Source: an uncultured Acidimicrobiaceae bacterium (GTDB lineage Bacteria; Actinomycetota; Acidimicrobiia; Acidimicrobiales; RAAP-2). From it: DNA of 64,000 nt. Shown here one piece after another: positions 53,035 through 61,940 of the stretch (position 1 is its first letter; each line of letters starts with the position of its first letter). The stretch spans positions 2,084-66,083 of the forward strand of contig CALAYR010000136.1 of NCBI GenBank assembly GCA_937894805.1. The letters are read 5' to 3'. Under the pieces are notes generated by a model, which was not told the origin of the DNA, did not search any database, and saw only the letters and a list, made by a program, of their open reading frames with translations. The translations under genes and the position numbers were made by a program.

Positions 53035-53694
53035 GTGGCCCCTCGTCTCATCGTGGTGCTGCTCGGGAAGCAGGGTGCCGGTAAGGGCACCCAGTGCACT
53101 TCCTTGAGTGAGCAATACAACATTCCGCACGTCTCGACGGGCGACATTCTTCGTGCCGCCGTCCGTGAAGGAACGCCCCTCGGTCTGCAGGTGAAGTCAG
53201 TTCTCGACGCCGGAGACCTGGTATCGGATGATCTCGTCGTAGCTCTCGTCAAGGAGCGCTTCGCCCAGCCCGACGCCCAACGGGGCGCGTTGCTCGACGG
53301 CTTTCCGCGCACGATTGGCCAGGCTACGGCACTGGACGCCATGTTGGCCGACGAGCCCGTCTCGATCTGTATCAACTTGGATGTTCCGACCGCCCTGGTC
53401 GTGGAGCGACTGAGTCGCCGCCGCGTCTGCCAAGAGTGCGGCGCAATCTATCGAGCCGACGAGCCGGCCGGCGCCAGCGGCACGTGCGAAAAGTGTGGCG
53501 GTGATGTAATTCAGCGGGCCGACGATCAGCCCGAAGCGATTCAGCAGCGCCTCGATGCGTACGAACGCGACACCGCGCCACTCCTCGATTACTACGCCGC
53601 TAAGGATCTCGTCGTTTCGGTCGATGGCAGTCAAACGGTGGAAGCGGTTGGCGCCGCCGTCTCGAAGGCCTTGGCCGGACGAGGGTTGGTGTGA
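53035..53694 (+). CDS. adk: adenylate kinase (Zn-lid type)
   Basis: P-loop GKQGAGKGTQ, STGDILR, and lid CQECG...CEKCGG. GTG at 53035 has better spacing to the aggagg SD than the track's GTG at 53029. Confidence 0.93.
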   Translation: MAPRLIVVLLGKQGAGKGTQCTSLSEQYNIPHVSTGDILRAAVREGTPLGLQVKSVLDAGDLVSDDLVVALVKERFAQPDAQRGALLDGFPRTIGQATALDAMLADEPVSICINLDVPTALVVERLSRRRVCQECGAIYRADEPAGASGTCEKCGGDVIQRADDQPEAIQQRLDAYERDTAPLLDYYAAKDLVVSVDGSQTVEAVGAAVSKALAGRGLV

Positions 53695-54431
53695 GGCGTT
53701 CCTCGGCCGAGCTGGACAAGATGCGCAAGGCCGGCAAAGTGGTCGCTGAGATGCACGAAAAGACTCGAGCCGCAATTCGCCCCGGTGTCACCACTGCCTT
53801 CCTTAATGAAGTCGCGGCCGCCGTCATTGAAAAGCGTGGCGCTCGTTCGAACTTTCTCGGATACCACGGTTTTCCGGCCGTGATCTGCACCAGCCCGAAC
53901 GACATGATCGTTCACGGCATTCCCGGTTCGTATGTTCTGCAAGAGGGCGACATCATCTCGATTGACTGTGGCGCCATTGTTGAGGGCTACCACGGTGACG
54001 CGGCTTACACGGCCGGTGTCGGTGAGATCAGCAAAGAGGCCCAGCGTCTCTTGGATGTGACTGAGCGTTCGCTCTGGGCCGGCATCGAACAGATGGTCAT
54101 TGGCAATCGCCTCAATGAAATTGGTCGGGCCGTAGAGAAGGTGGCCCTGGCCGCTAACTTCGGCATTGTCCGCGAGTATGTCGGTCACGCCATCGGGACC
54201 GCCATGCACGAGAGTCCCCAGGTGCCGAACTACTGGCCCGGTGTTGGTGGCCCCACGCTGAAGCAGGGCATGGTCTTTGCGGTCGAGCCGATGATCAACA
54301 TCGGCGGCGAAGAGACCTACACCCTCGATGACGGGTGGAGTGTTTTGACGACCGACGGATCGCTCTCGGCCCACTTCGAACACACCATCGCGATTACCGA
54401 AAACGGTCCCGAAGTCTTTACGTTGGCCTAA
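53691..54431 (+). CDS. map: type I methionine aminopeptidase
   Basis: 246 aa; metal ligands lie in DIISIDCG, GYHGD, HAIG and EPM...E contexts. GTGA overlap with adk. Confidence 0.95.
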   Translation: MRRSSAELDKMRKAGKVVAEMHEKTRAAIRPGVTTAFLNEVAAAVIEKRGARSNFLGYHGFPAVICTSPNDMIVHGIPGSYVLQEGDIISIDCGAIVEGYHGDAAYTAGVGEISKEAQRLLDVTERSLWAGIEQMVIGNRLNEIGRAVEKVALAANFGIVREYVGHAIGTAMHESPQVPNYWPGVGGPTLKQGMVFAVEPMINIGGEETYTLDDGWSVLTTDGSLSAHFEHTIAITENGPEVFTLA

Positions 54432-54440
54432 GCGCGACGG

Positions 54441-55106
54441 CTACTTCGAAGTGTCGCGGTACTGCTGTTCTTGTTGGAGATGCTTCTGTCCGTAGAGGGC
54501 GGCCTCGGTGCGCCGTTGAAAACCCAATTTGGCCAAGAGATTTGAAACGTAATTCTTGATGGTCTTCTCGGCCAAGAACATCACCGCGGCAATCTCACGA
54601 TTAGTGAGTCCCTCGGTGAGTAGCTCGAGAATACGTAGTTCTTGAGCGCTGAGGCGCTCAATGAGTTCCAACTCCTTGGTGCGTCGCATCATTCGCGCCC
54701 GAGCCCGCTCTACGGTGTCAGGGTCAAAGAGTGAATCGCCGGTCGCGACCTTGTGAATGGCCGCCACCAGATCGTTACTTCGAACATCCTTGAGGACGTA
54801 GCCCCTCGCGCCGGCTGTTAGAGCTGCATCGAAGGCCTCATCGTCCGCAAAGGAGGTGAGCATGAGGCAGTTCAGCTCCGGCTTGATGTCGCGAAGTTCA
54901 CGACATAGTTCGACGCCGCTGCCGTCCGGGAGGCGGACGTCCAGCACGGCCACGTCGACTTGGTTCGCGATCGTGGCAAAGAGTGATAGGGCAGAATCGA
55001 AGTCGCCGGCGTCACCCACCACGGACAGATCTTCGGAGGTCTCGAGAAGAGCGGCGAGACCTCGCCGAACTATTTCGTGATCGTCAACGAGAAAAATTCG
55101 AATCAT
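54441..55106 (-). CDS. NarL/LuxR-family response regulator
   Basis: ATG at 55106 (ATGA overlap with the kinase stop). Receiver domain MIRIFLVDDHEIVRRG...DVAVLDVRLPDGSG. C-terminal HTH LSAQELRILELLTEGLTNREIAAVMFLAEKTIKNYVSNLLAKLG. Confidence 0.9.
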   Translation of the reverse strand: MIRIFLVDDHEIVRRGLAALLETSEDLSVVGDAGDFDSALSLFATIANQVDVAVLDVRLPDGSGVELCRELRDIKPELNCLMLTSFADDEAFDAALTAGARGYVLKDVRSNDLVAAIHKVATGDSLFDPDTVERARARMMRRTKELELIERLSAQELRILELLTEGLTNREIAAVMFLAEKTIKNYVSNLLAKLGFQRRTEAALYGQKHLQQEQQYRDTSK

Positions 55107-56236
55107 GTAGAGAGGTTCCTTGCTCGCCATGTGGCAACGGTGCCACCTTTAGTTCCGGGTGATACCGCAAAATCACCACCGAGCGCTTCGGCCCGCATCG
55201 ATAGATTGTGCACTCCATTACCTGCAGTCGCCGTCGTGACCCCACCGCCATTGTCTTCGACGCGCATCTCCAACGTGCCGTTAGCGAGAGCCAGGTGGAC
55301 GAGGGCGCGATCGGCGTGAGCGTGGCGGACAACGTTGCTTAAGAGTTCGCGAAGCGACGTGATGATCTGCTCGCCACTTTGTGGTCCAACGGCACTGTCG
55401 AGTGGTCCATCGAACAAGACGTCCACGTGAAGTCCGGCCGCTGAGGGAAGTTCGTCGATGGTGCGCAGGATCTCGTTACGAAGCGAGTGGCTTTCGACAG
55501 TCGGGCGGTGAGTGATCTCAAAGATCGTGGTGCGAATACGGCGTACCGTGTCGTCGAGATCATCGAGGGCTTCATTGATCTGCTTCGTAACGTCGTCGGG
55601 GAGTGATTTCGTCAGTGCCGATTGGAGCGAGAGACCGACTGCAAAGAGTCGCTGAATTACCGTGTCGTGCAGATCGCGGGCCATTCGTTCGCGCTCGTGG
55701 ACGAGGGTCAAGCCCCGGATGCGAGCTCGCTGATTGGCCTGGTCGATAACCAACCCGGCCGCCCGTCCGAGGGTCTCGATGAGACCTTCGTCCTCCGCCG
55801 TGAACTGACCCGCCAACTTGTTGGTGAGGTAGAGATTGCCAAAGACGGTGCCATCGCTGGTGCGCACGGGGCTGCCCAGAAAGTTGTGCATCGGGGGATG
55901 GTTCGGCGGGAGTGCGGAGAGCTTCTCAGTCGACATGGCGTCGACGCGGATGCTGGTGCCGGCTTGGATGACCTCGCCGAGGAGACCTCGACCCACGGGG
56001 AGGTCCCCGATGGCGTGGCGCTGGGCATCGTCGACTCCAAAGGTGATGAACTCGGCAATGTGTTGCCCGGAGGCATCGAGAACGCCCATTGCCCCGTATT
56101 GGGCACCGACCAAGTCACAGGCACTCCGGACGAGATGCCTGAGGAGCGTGTCCAGGTCGGCATCGGACTCAATCAGCATCATGGCCGAAATGAGAGATTG
56201 GAGCCGCTCGGGATTTTGGACGTGGTGGTACGGCAC
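55103..56236 (-). CDS. GAF-domain sensor histidine kinase (HisKA_3 / NarX-DevS type), apparently soluble
   Basis: 377 aa. N-terminal GAF domain (LDTLLRHLVRSACDLVGAQYGAMGVLD...), H-box ERERMARDLHDTVIQRLF and ATPase boxes LLSNVVRHAHA and VEDNGGG. I saw no TM segment. Confidence 0.88.
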   Translation of the reverse strand: MPYHHVQNPERLQSLISAMMLIESDADLDTLLRHLVRSACDLVGAQYGAMGVLDASGQHIAEFITFGVDDAQRHAIGDLPVGRGLLGEVIQAGTSIRVDAMSTEKLSALPPNHPPMHNFLGSPVRTSDGTVFGNLYLTNKLAGQFTAEDEGLIETLGRAAGLVIDQANQRARIRGLTLVHERERMARDLHDTVIQRLFAVGLSLQSALTKSLPDDVTKQINEALDDLDDTVRRIRTTIFEITHRPTVESHSLRNEILRTIDELPSAAGLHVDVLFDGPLDSAVGPQSGEQIITSLRELLSNVVRHAHADRALVHLALANGTLEMRVEDNGGGVTTATAGNGVHNLSMRAEALGGDFAVSPGTKGGTVATWRARNLST

Positions 56237-56259
56237 GCCCTCATGCTCTCACTCGGGGG

Positions 56260-56694
56260 CTAGTGCGGGGGACGGGGGAAAGACCAGATCGTCTGGTCGC
56301 CGGCCACGACGGTGAGTGGGAGGGCAATAAGACGAGCCCCATTGTCGAGATAGGGGAGGAGCGGGTGGCCGACGGGGAGCGATTCGTCGGGGGACTGGGG
56401 GTCAAAAACCGACCCCACCCCGGCGGTCGTCACGGTCCAGGTCACCCCGGAGTCCTCCAGACCGTCAATATTCAAGGTCAGGACCTCGTGGCGCTCGGCG
56501 GCCTCCCAGACGGCCGCTTCGTCAGTCGCCACGAACAGGATTTCGCCCACCACCATCAGGGGAACTGGTCGGGAGGCGGGAAGGCAGCGGACCGAAATTA
56601 GAAGTCTGGCCCATCGGGCCCGGCTCAGGCGGTCACGGCACTCCTCGGCCGAGAGGGCTTCGCGCTGGATTATGCCGTTGAACCGAAAGGTCAC
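56260..56694 (-). CDS. hypothetical protein, pyridoxamine 5'-phosphate oxidase-like (split beta-barrel, Pyridox_ox_2-type) suspected
   Basis: 144 aa. The pattern LSAEECRDRLS...ARLLIS...PVPLMVV..ILFVAT...LNIDGLEDSGVTWTVTTAGVG resembles PPOX-class proteins. It is first in the operon with the kinase and regulator. Confidence 0.5.
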   Translation of the reverse strand: MTFRFNGIIQREALSAEECRDRLSRARWARLLISVRCLPASRPVPLMVVGEILFVATDEAAVWEAAERHEVLTLNIDGLEDSGVTWTVTTAGVGSVFDPQSPDESLPVGHPLLPYLDNGARLIALPLTVVAGDQTIWSFPRPPH

Positions 56695-57014
56695 GAAGCC
56701 ACTATCGCCGCTTTCTGGTGGCCGGCAGTAGGGCCAATGGTCTCAAATTTCCTATTTTGGGGAAAATCCCGTAAACTAACCAGTTCCCACACGACGGAGC
56801 CCTCGGGCAATGTCGAGAGGTCCGACTCGGCACCATCTATGCCATCTCGGGAGGCCCCCACGCCCTCCGGATCGACCTCAGCATTTGTCGAAATTTGGCG
56901 GTGTTCGAAAGTTGGGTAAGATGTCAAGCCGACCTTTAATGGGCAACCATTGAGGTCACCCTCTGCGCGTTCCAAACGTGCGGAGGTAGTAATACCGCAA
57001 CAAGGAGAAGGAAC

Positions 57015-57239
57015 CTGACGAAGCAAAAGGAAGATGCGTTCACCGTTGAGGGAACCGTGGTGGAAGCCCGGCCTAACGCGATGTTCGAAGTCAAGCTGGA
57101 GAATGGATTTACCGTGCTCGCGATGAGCTCGGGACGGATGCGCCAAAATCGCATTCGAATTCTCCCCGGCGACAAGGTCCAAGTCGAGATCACGCCGTAC
57201 GACATGACTCGTGGCCGCATCACCTACCGCTACAAATAA
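57015..57239 (+). CDS. infA: translation initiation factor IF-1 (apparent CTG start)
   Basis: The track gives only 57057-57239 (GTG). The open in-frame upstream codons read [14 protein letters not shown], matching the conserved IF-1 N-terminus (E. coli AKEDNIEMQGTV). There is no in-frame ATG, GTG or TTG between the stop at 56937-56939 and 57057. CTG at 57015 lies 7 nt after aaggagaagg. Confidence 0.8.
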   Translation: MTKQKEDAFTVEGTVVEARPNAMFEVKLENGFTVLAMSSGRMRQNRIRILPGDKVQVEITPYDMTRGRITYRYK

Positions 57240-57269
57240 TTCAGGTTCGAGAGTCGAGAAAGAAACAGC

Positions 57270-57383
57270 ATGAAGGTTCGCGCAAGCGTTAAGACAATGT
57301 GTGAGAAGTGCAAGGTCATTCGTCGTTCAGGTCACGTCCGCGTGATTTGCGAGAACCCTCGTCACAAGCAGCGCCAGGGCTAG
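57270..57383 (+). CDS. rpmJ: 50S ribosomal protein L36
   Basis: 37-aa ORF below the track cutoff: [37 protein letters not shown]. Confidence 0.93.
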   Translation: MKVRASVKTMCEKCKVIRRSGHVRVICENPRHKQRQG

Positions 57384-57395
57384 GAGAGAACAGAC

Positions 57396-57773
57396 ATGGC
57401 CCGTATTTCCGGAGTTGACATCCCCCGCGACAAGCGAACGGTGATTTCATTGACCTACATCTTTGGCATTGGTCCGACCAAGTCCAAAGAGATCTGTGCC
57501 TCTACAGGCATTGATGAATCGATTCGCGTGAAGGACCTCAGCGAAGCTGACGTCAACAAGATTCGTGCTTACATCGACCAGAACCTCACCGTCGAAGGTG
57601 ACCTGCGTCGTGATGTGGCTCAAGACATTAAGCGCAAGATGGAGATCAACTGCTTGCAGGGAATCCGTCACCGCAAGGGCCTGCCGGTCCGCGGTCAGCG
57701 CACGCGTACCAACGCCCGTACTCGTAAGGGACCGAAGCGCACCGTCGCCGGTAAGAAGAAGGTGAAGAAGTAA
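57396..57773 (+). CDS. rpsM: 30S ribosomal protein S13
   Basis: 125 aa; [14 protein letters not shown] and [19 protein letters not shown]. Confidence 0.97.
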   Translation: MARISGVDIPRDKRTVISLTYIFGIGPTKSKEICASTGIDESIRVKDLSEADVNKIRAYIDQNLTVEGDLRRDVAQDIKRKMEINCLQGIRHRKGLPVRGQRTRTNARTRKGPKRTVAGKKKVKK

Positions 57774-58165
57774 TGGCTAAGCCAGTTGCTCGCAAGGTTC
57801 GTAAGAAGGAGCGCAAGAACGTCGCCTACGGCGTCGCGCACATTAAGAGCTCCTTCAACAACACAATCGTGTCCATCACTGACCCGGAAGGCAACGTTTT
57901 GTCGTGGGCTTCCTCCGGTCAGGTCGGCTTCAAGGGTTCGCGTAAGTCGACTCCCTTTGCCGCTCAGCTCGCCGCGGAGAAGTGCGCCAAGGCAGCGATT
58001 GAACACGGCGTTAAGAAGGTTGATGTTCTTGTTCGCGGTCCGGGTTCCGGTCGCGAAACGGCGATCCGCTCGATCGCCGCGGCCGGTATTGAAGTACAGG
58101 CCATCAAGGACGTCACCCCACTACCCCACAATGGATGTCGCCCTAAGAAGCGTCGTCGAGGCTAA
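57773..58165 (+). CDS. rpsK: 30S ribosomal protein S11
   Basis: 130 aa; [22 protein letters not shown] and [17 protein letters not shown]. Confidence 0.97.
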   Translation: MAKPVARKVRKKERKNVAYGVAHIKSSFNNTIVSITDPEGNVLSWASSGQVGFKGSRKSTPFAAQLAAEKCAKAAIEHGVKKVDVLVRGPGSGRETAIRSIAAAGIEVQAIKDVTPLPHNGCRPKKRRRG

Positions 58166-58173
58166 GGAACAAC

Positions 58174-58818
58174 ATGGCTCGTTACACCGGACCCGTTTGC
58201 CGACTCTGTCGTCGTGAGCGCACCAAGCTCTTCTTGAAGGGTGAACGCTGCATGACGCAGAAGTGCCCCATGTCGGAGAACACAGATCGTCAGATTCGTA
58301 CTTTCCCCCCAGGTCAGCACGGCGCCAGCCGTCAGCGCCAGGGCTCGGAGTACCTCACCCAGCTGCGAGAAAAGCAGAAGGCCCGTCGTATCTACGGCGT
58401 GCTCGAAGCCCAGTTCCGCAACCTCTACGAAGAGGCCAGCCGTCGCCCCGGTATGACCGGTACGAACTTGCTGCAGTTCTTGGAACTTCGCCTTGACAAC
58501 GTCGCCTACCGCGCCGGTTGGGGTGCTAGCCGTTCACAGGCTCGCCAGTTCGTCCGCCACGGTCACGTGACGGTCAACGGCAAGCGCGTGACCATCCCTT
58601 CGTACCGCGTTCGCCCCGGCGAAGTTGTGGCGCTGAAGGACAAGACTCGGACCAACTTGAACGTGACACGTAACCGTGACGCGTTGGACCGTACCGTGCC
58701 AGGTTGGCTCGAGACTGGTGACAACGGCTTTTCCGTCACCGTTCGTGCCATCCCTCAGCGTGAGCAGATTGACGAGCAGCTCCACGAGCAGCTCATCGTC
58801 GAGCTCTACTCGAAGTAG
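58174..58818 (+). CDS. rpsD: 30S ribosomal protein S4
   Basis: 214 aa; MARYTGPVCRLCRRE...C....C zinc motif and an S4 RNA-binding domain. Confidence 0.97.
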   Translation: MARYTGPVCRLCRRERTKLFLKGERCMTQKCPMSENTDRQIRTFPPGQHGASRQRQGSEYLTQLREKQKARRIYGVLEAQFRNLYEEASRRPGMTGTNLLQFLELRLDNVAYRAGWGASRSQARQFVRHGHVTVNGKRVTIPSYRVRPGEVVALKDKTRTNLNVTRNRDALDRTVPGWLETGDNGFSVTVRAIPQREQIDEQLHEQLIVELYSK

Positions 58819-58864
58819 TCATTTTCTTTATTAGTACCACCAGCAATACGAAGCGAGGAACCAC

Positions 58865-59812
58865 ATGCTGATCATTCAGCGTCCAACCATTGAGCCCGTC
58901 GGTGAAGCCGATGGCAATAGCCAGTCGTTCCGAATCGGGCCACTTGACCCCGGTTTCGGTCACACGCTGGGTAACTCCCTGCGCCGTACGCTGCTGAGCT
59001 CCATCCCGGGTGCTGCGGCTACTCGCGTGAAGTTCAGCAACGCCGTGGCCCTGCACGAGTTCGGCACCATCGAAGGCGTTAAGGAAGACGTCCTCGACAT
59101 CTGCTTGAACTTGAAGGACCTCGTTGTCAGTGTCGAGAGCGACGAGCCCGTCATCATCACGCTGGAGAAGAGTGGAGAGGGTGCCGCTACGGCTGCCGAC
59201 CTCAAGCTCACCTCCGACGTTGCGGTGTTGAACTCAGACCTCGTGATCGCCAACTTGACGAGCGCCAAGGCCTCGCTGTCGTTCGAACTGCGCGTTGAGC
59301 GTGGCAAGGGCTACGTCGGCGCCGAAGGTAACAAGTCCGGTATGGGCATCGACGAGATTCCTCTCGACGCCATCTTCTCGCCCGTGCGTCGCGTGAGCTT
59401 CGAAGTAGAGCCAGTTCGTGTTGACCTGGCCAAGGACTTCGACAGCCTCATCATCGCCATCGAGACCGACGGTTCCATCGCACCTTCCGAGGCTCTGTCT
59501 TCGGCCGGTAAGACGCTCGAATCTTTGGTTGAGTTGATCGCCACCTTCGACGAGGCCGTTCCGGCTCTCCAGTTGGGTGACGTCAGTGCCGCTACGGCCG
59601 CTGCTTCAGAACTCGACATCAACATCGAGGCCCTGGGTCTCGGTGAGCGTGCTCGCAACTGCTTGAAGCGTGCCGGTATTAACACCGTCGCACAGCTGAC
59701 CAACGCCACTGAGCGTGACCTGATGGCTATCACCAACTTCGGCGAGACTTCGCTGAAGGATGTCAACGAGCGTCTGGCCGAGCGTGGCCTGGCTCTGAAG
59801 TTGGAGTTCTAG
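58865..59812 (+). CDS. rpoA: DNA-directed RNA polymerase alpha subunit
   Basis: 315 aa; GFGHTLGNSLRRTLLSSIPGAA and the C-terminal domain LGLGERARNCLKRAGINTVAQL. Confidence 0.97.
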   Translation: MLIIQRPTIEPVGEADGNSQSFRIGPLDPGFGHTLGNSLRRTLLSSIPGAAATRVKFSNAVALHEFGTIEGVKEDVLDICLNLKDLVVSVESDEPVIITLEKSGEGAATAADLKLTSDVAVLNSDLVIANLTSAKASLSFELRVERGKGYVGAEGNKSGMGIDEIPLDAIFSPVRRVSFEVEPVRVDLAKDFDSLIIAIETDGSIAPSEALSSAGKTLESLVELIATFDEAVPALQLGDVSAATAAASELDINIEALGLGERARNCLKRAGINTVAQLTNATERDLMAITNFGETSLKDVNERLAERGLALKLEF

Positions 59813-59814
59813 TC

Positions 59815-60177
59815 ATGCGCGGAACTCCAAAGCGCAGTCACCGTTTCGGTGGTGACGCCGCTCACCAGAAGGCCATGATGGGCAACCTCGTCGCATCGAT
59901 GATCGCTGCTGAAGGCATCGTGACGACGGAAGCCAAGGCGAAGGCCTTGCGTCCGATCGTTGAGAAAGTTGTCACCGCCGCTAAGAACTCGCCCGAGGGC
60001 TCGGTCCACGCGCACCGTCGCATCGTTGGTTTCATCCGCGACAAGGACATGACGCACAAGCTCTTCACGGAGATTGCTCCCCGGTACGCCACGCGTCCCG
60101 GTGGCTACACCCGTATCTTGAAGCTTGGGCCGCGTCCGGGCGACAATGCTCCGATGGCGCGCATTGAGTTCGTTTGA
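59815..60177 (+). CDS. rplQ: 50S ribosomal protein L17
   Basis: 120 aa; RPGGYTRILKLGPRPGDNAPMARIEF. Confidence 0.95.
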   Translation: MRGTPKRSHRFGGDAAHQKAMMGNLVASMIAAEGIVTTEAKAKALRPIVEKVVTAAKNSPEGSVHAHRRIVGFIRDKDMTHKLFTEIAPRYATRPGGYTRILKLGPRPGDNAPMARIEFV

Positions 60178-61030
60178 TGTAACCAACGCCACCCAGCGGT
60201 GGCGTATTGACCTCGCCTATGACGGCCGAGGTCTCCATGGATTTGCTGAACAGCCCGGTCACCAAACGGTGATCGGGCTGCTTCGTGAAACGCTGACTCG
60301 CACGCTTCGGCTGCTCGCCCCGCCCCAGATCATTGGGGCCGGCCGGACCGACGCCGGGGTGCACGCCTTCGCACAAGTGATTCACGTCGATCTGCCCCCG
60401 CGGCTCTTTCCCGATGAGCGAGGCGAACCAACCGAGCGGTTAATTCGCAGCCTCAATATGCAGCTGGCCGGTCGGGTGCGAATTCTCAAGGTCCAACCCG
60501 TGAGTAAGGAGTTCCACGCCCGGTACTCGGCCCAGTGGCGGGCCTATCGGTACCTCGTGGTGGAGAGCGAGGGCCCAGCGCTCGACCTCACCGCCCATCT
60601 GGCTTGGGTGACGCACGGTCCCATTGACCTGGACCTCTTGAACCGGGCCGCCGAGCTGGTCGTCGGGACGCACGATTTCCGGTCCTTTTGCCGCCGAGCC
60701 CCGGGTACCACGCTGAGCGATCCTCTGACGCGAAACGTCTCTGAGGCGAGGTGGCGCCACGTCCCCGACGAGCTGGGAATTCATCCCTCCGGCGCGCCCG
60801 TGCTCCGGCTTGATATTCGAGCCAACGCCTTCTGCCACCAGATGGTCCGGAGTTTGACCGGGGTGATGGTTGGCATTGGCCAGGGGAAAATCCCAATTTC
60901 ACTACTGTCTGAGCGATTTGAGAGTGGCGATCGCGACGGTCTGCCCACGCCCGCGCCGGCCGGTGGGCTGGCCCTGATTGGGGTTGGCTACGACGAATTT
61001 GCCGGGGGACCCTCCGGCTTTGTAGGCTAG
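60164..61030 (+). CDS. truA: tRNA pseudouridine(38-40) synthase TruA
   Basis: RIDLAYDGRGLHGFAEQPG and GRTDAGVHA (catalytic Asp). The start is uncertain (track 60125, ATG 60146, TTG 60164). It overlaps the end of rplQ. Confidence 0.88.
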   Translation: MSSFDVTNATQRWRIDLAYDGRGLHGFAEQPGHQTVIGLLRETLTRTLRLLAPPQIIGAGRTDAGVHAFAQVIHVDLPPRLFPDERGEPTERLIRSLNMQLAGRVRILKVQPVSKEFHARYSAQWRAYRYLVVESEGPALDLTAHLAWVTHGPIDLDLLNRAAELVVGTHDFRSFCRRAPGTTLSDPLTRNVSEARWRHVPDELGIHPSGAPVLRLDIRANAFCHQMVRSLTGVMVGIGQGKIPISLLSERFESGDRDGLPTPAPAGGLALIGVGYDEFAGGPSGFVG

Positions 61031-61083
61031 GTAGTCCGCTGCGGAGCCCCGTGGCAATTTTTGACGCGAAACAAGGAAATAAA

Positions 61084-61530
61084 GTGCGCACGTATTCACC
61101 CAAGGAGTCCGAGATCACTCGGAGCTGGCACGTCATCGATGCCGAAGGTCTTGTTCTCGGTCGTCTCTCAACGGAAGTTGCCCGCCTCTTGCGCGGCAAG
61201 CACCGTCCCTACTTCACGCCTCACCTCGACACTGGTGACTTCGTCGTTATCGTCAACGCCGACAAGATCAAGTTGAGTTCCGACAAGGCCGACAAGAAGT
61301 TCGTCTACCGTCACTCCGGCTACCCAGGTGGTATTCGCAAGACGCGGTGGAGCGAGTTGCTCGCTAACAACCCAGTGAAGTTGGTCTTTGACTCCATCAA
61401 GGGCATGGTTCCTCACACCCGTTTGGGCAGTGCACAGATGAGCAAGTTGTTCGTCTACGCCGGACCTACTCACCCCCACGCTGCGCAGCAGCCTGTTCCA
61501 TTCGACACCTCGGCCATCCGCCGCGGTTAA
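61084..61530 (+). CDS. rplM: 50S ribosomal protein L13
   Basis: GTG at 61084 after an aaggaa SD gives [22 protein letters not shown], the canonical uL13 N-terminus. The track ORF starts at 61051. Confidence 0.93.
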   Translation: MRTYSPKESEITRSWHVIDAEGLVLGRLSTEVARLLRGKHRPYFTPHLDTGDFVVIVNADKIKLSSDKADKKFVYRHSGYPGGIRKTRWSELLANNPVKLVFDSIKGMVPHTRLGSAQMSKLFVYAGPTHPHAAQQPVPFDTSAIRRG

Positions 61531-61543
61531 GGAGATATTCGTC

Positions 61544-61936
61544 GTGACTACTGAGACCACCACCACTACTGGCCGTCGTAAGGAAGCAACCGCCCGTGTG
61601 CGCTTGCGTCCCGGCACCGGCACCATCACGATCAACGGTCGTGCCTTGGACAACTACTTCACCTCCGCAACGCACCGTCAGATGTTGACGCAGCCGTTGC
61701 GTGACACCAACACCGAAGTTCTCTACGACGTAGACGCCACCATCGATGGCGGCGGTGTGGCCGGTCAGGCTGGTGCCTTGCGCCACGGTATTGCTCGCGC
61801 CCTCGTGGAAGTTAACGAAGAGCTTCGCGGAACCCTCAAGAAGGCCGGCCTCCTCACGCGTGACTCACGTAAGAAGGAAAGCAAGAAGTACGGTCTCAAG
61901 AAGGCCCGTAAGGCTCCTCAGTACTCGAAGCGTTAA
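61544..61936 (+). CDS. rpsI: 30S ribosomal protein S9
   Basis: 130 aa; [12 protein letters not shown] and the C-terminal [12 protein letters not shown]. Confidence 0.97.
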   Translation: MTTETTTTTGRRKEATARVRLRPGTGTITINGRALDNYFTSATHRQMLTQPLRDTNTEVLYDVDATIDGGGVAGQAGALRHGIARALVEVNEELRGTLKKAGLLTRDSRKKESKKYGLKKARKAPQYSKR

Positions 61937-61940
61937 GCCA

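Noticed and set aside
56691-57182. 163-aa minus-strand ORF covering the infA upstream region and part of infA
   Set aside because: It overlaps the conserved IF-1 frame, has no motif, and would leave the divergent promoter region with no non-coding space. It is treated as spurious. The 320-nt region is better explained as divergent promoters and leaders, and I could not define convincing -35/-10 boxes by eye.
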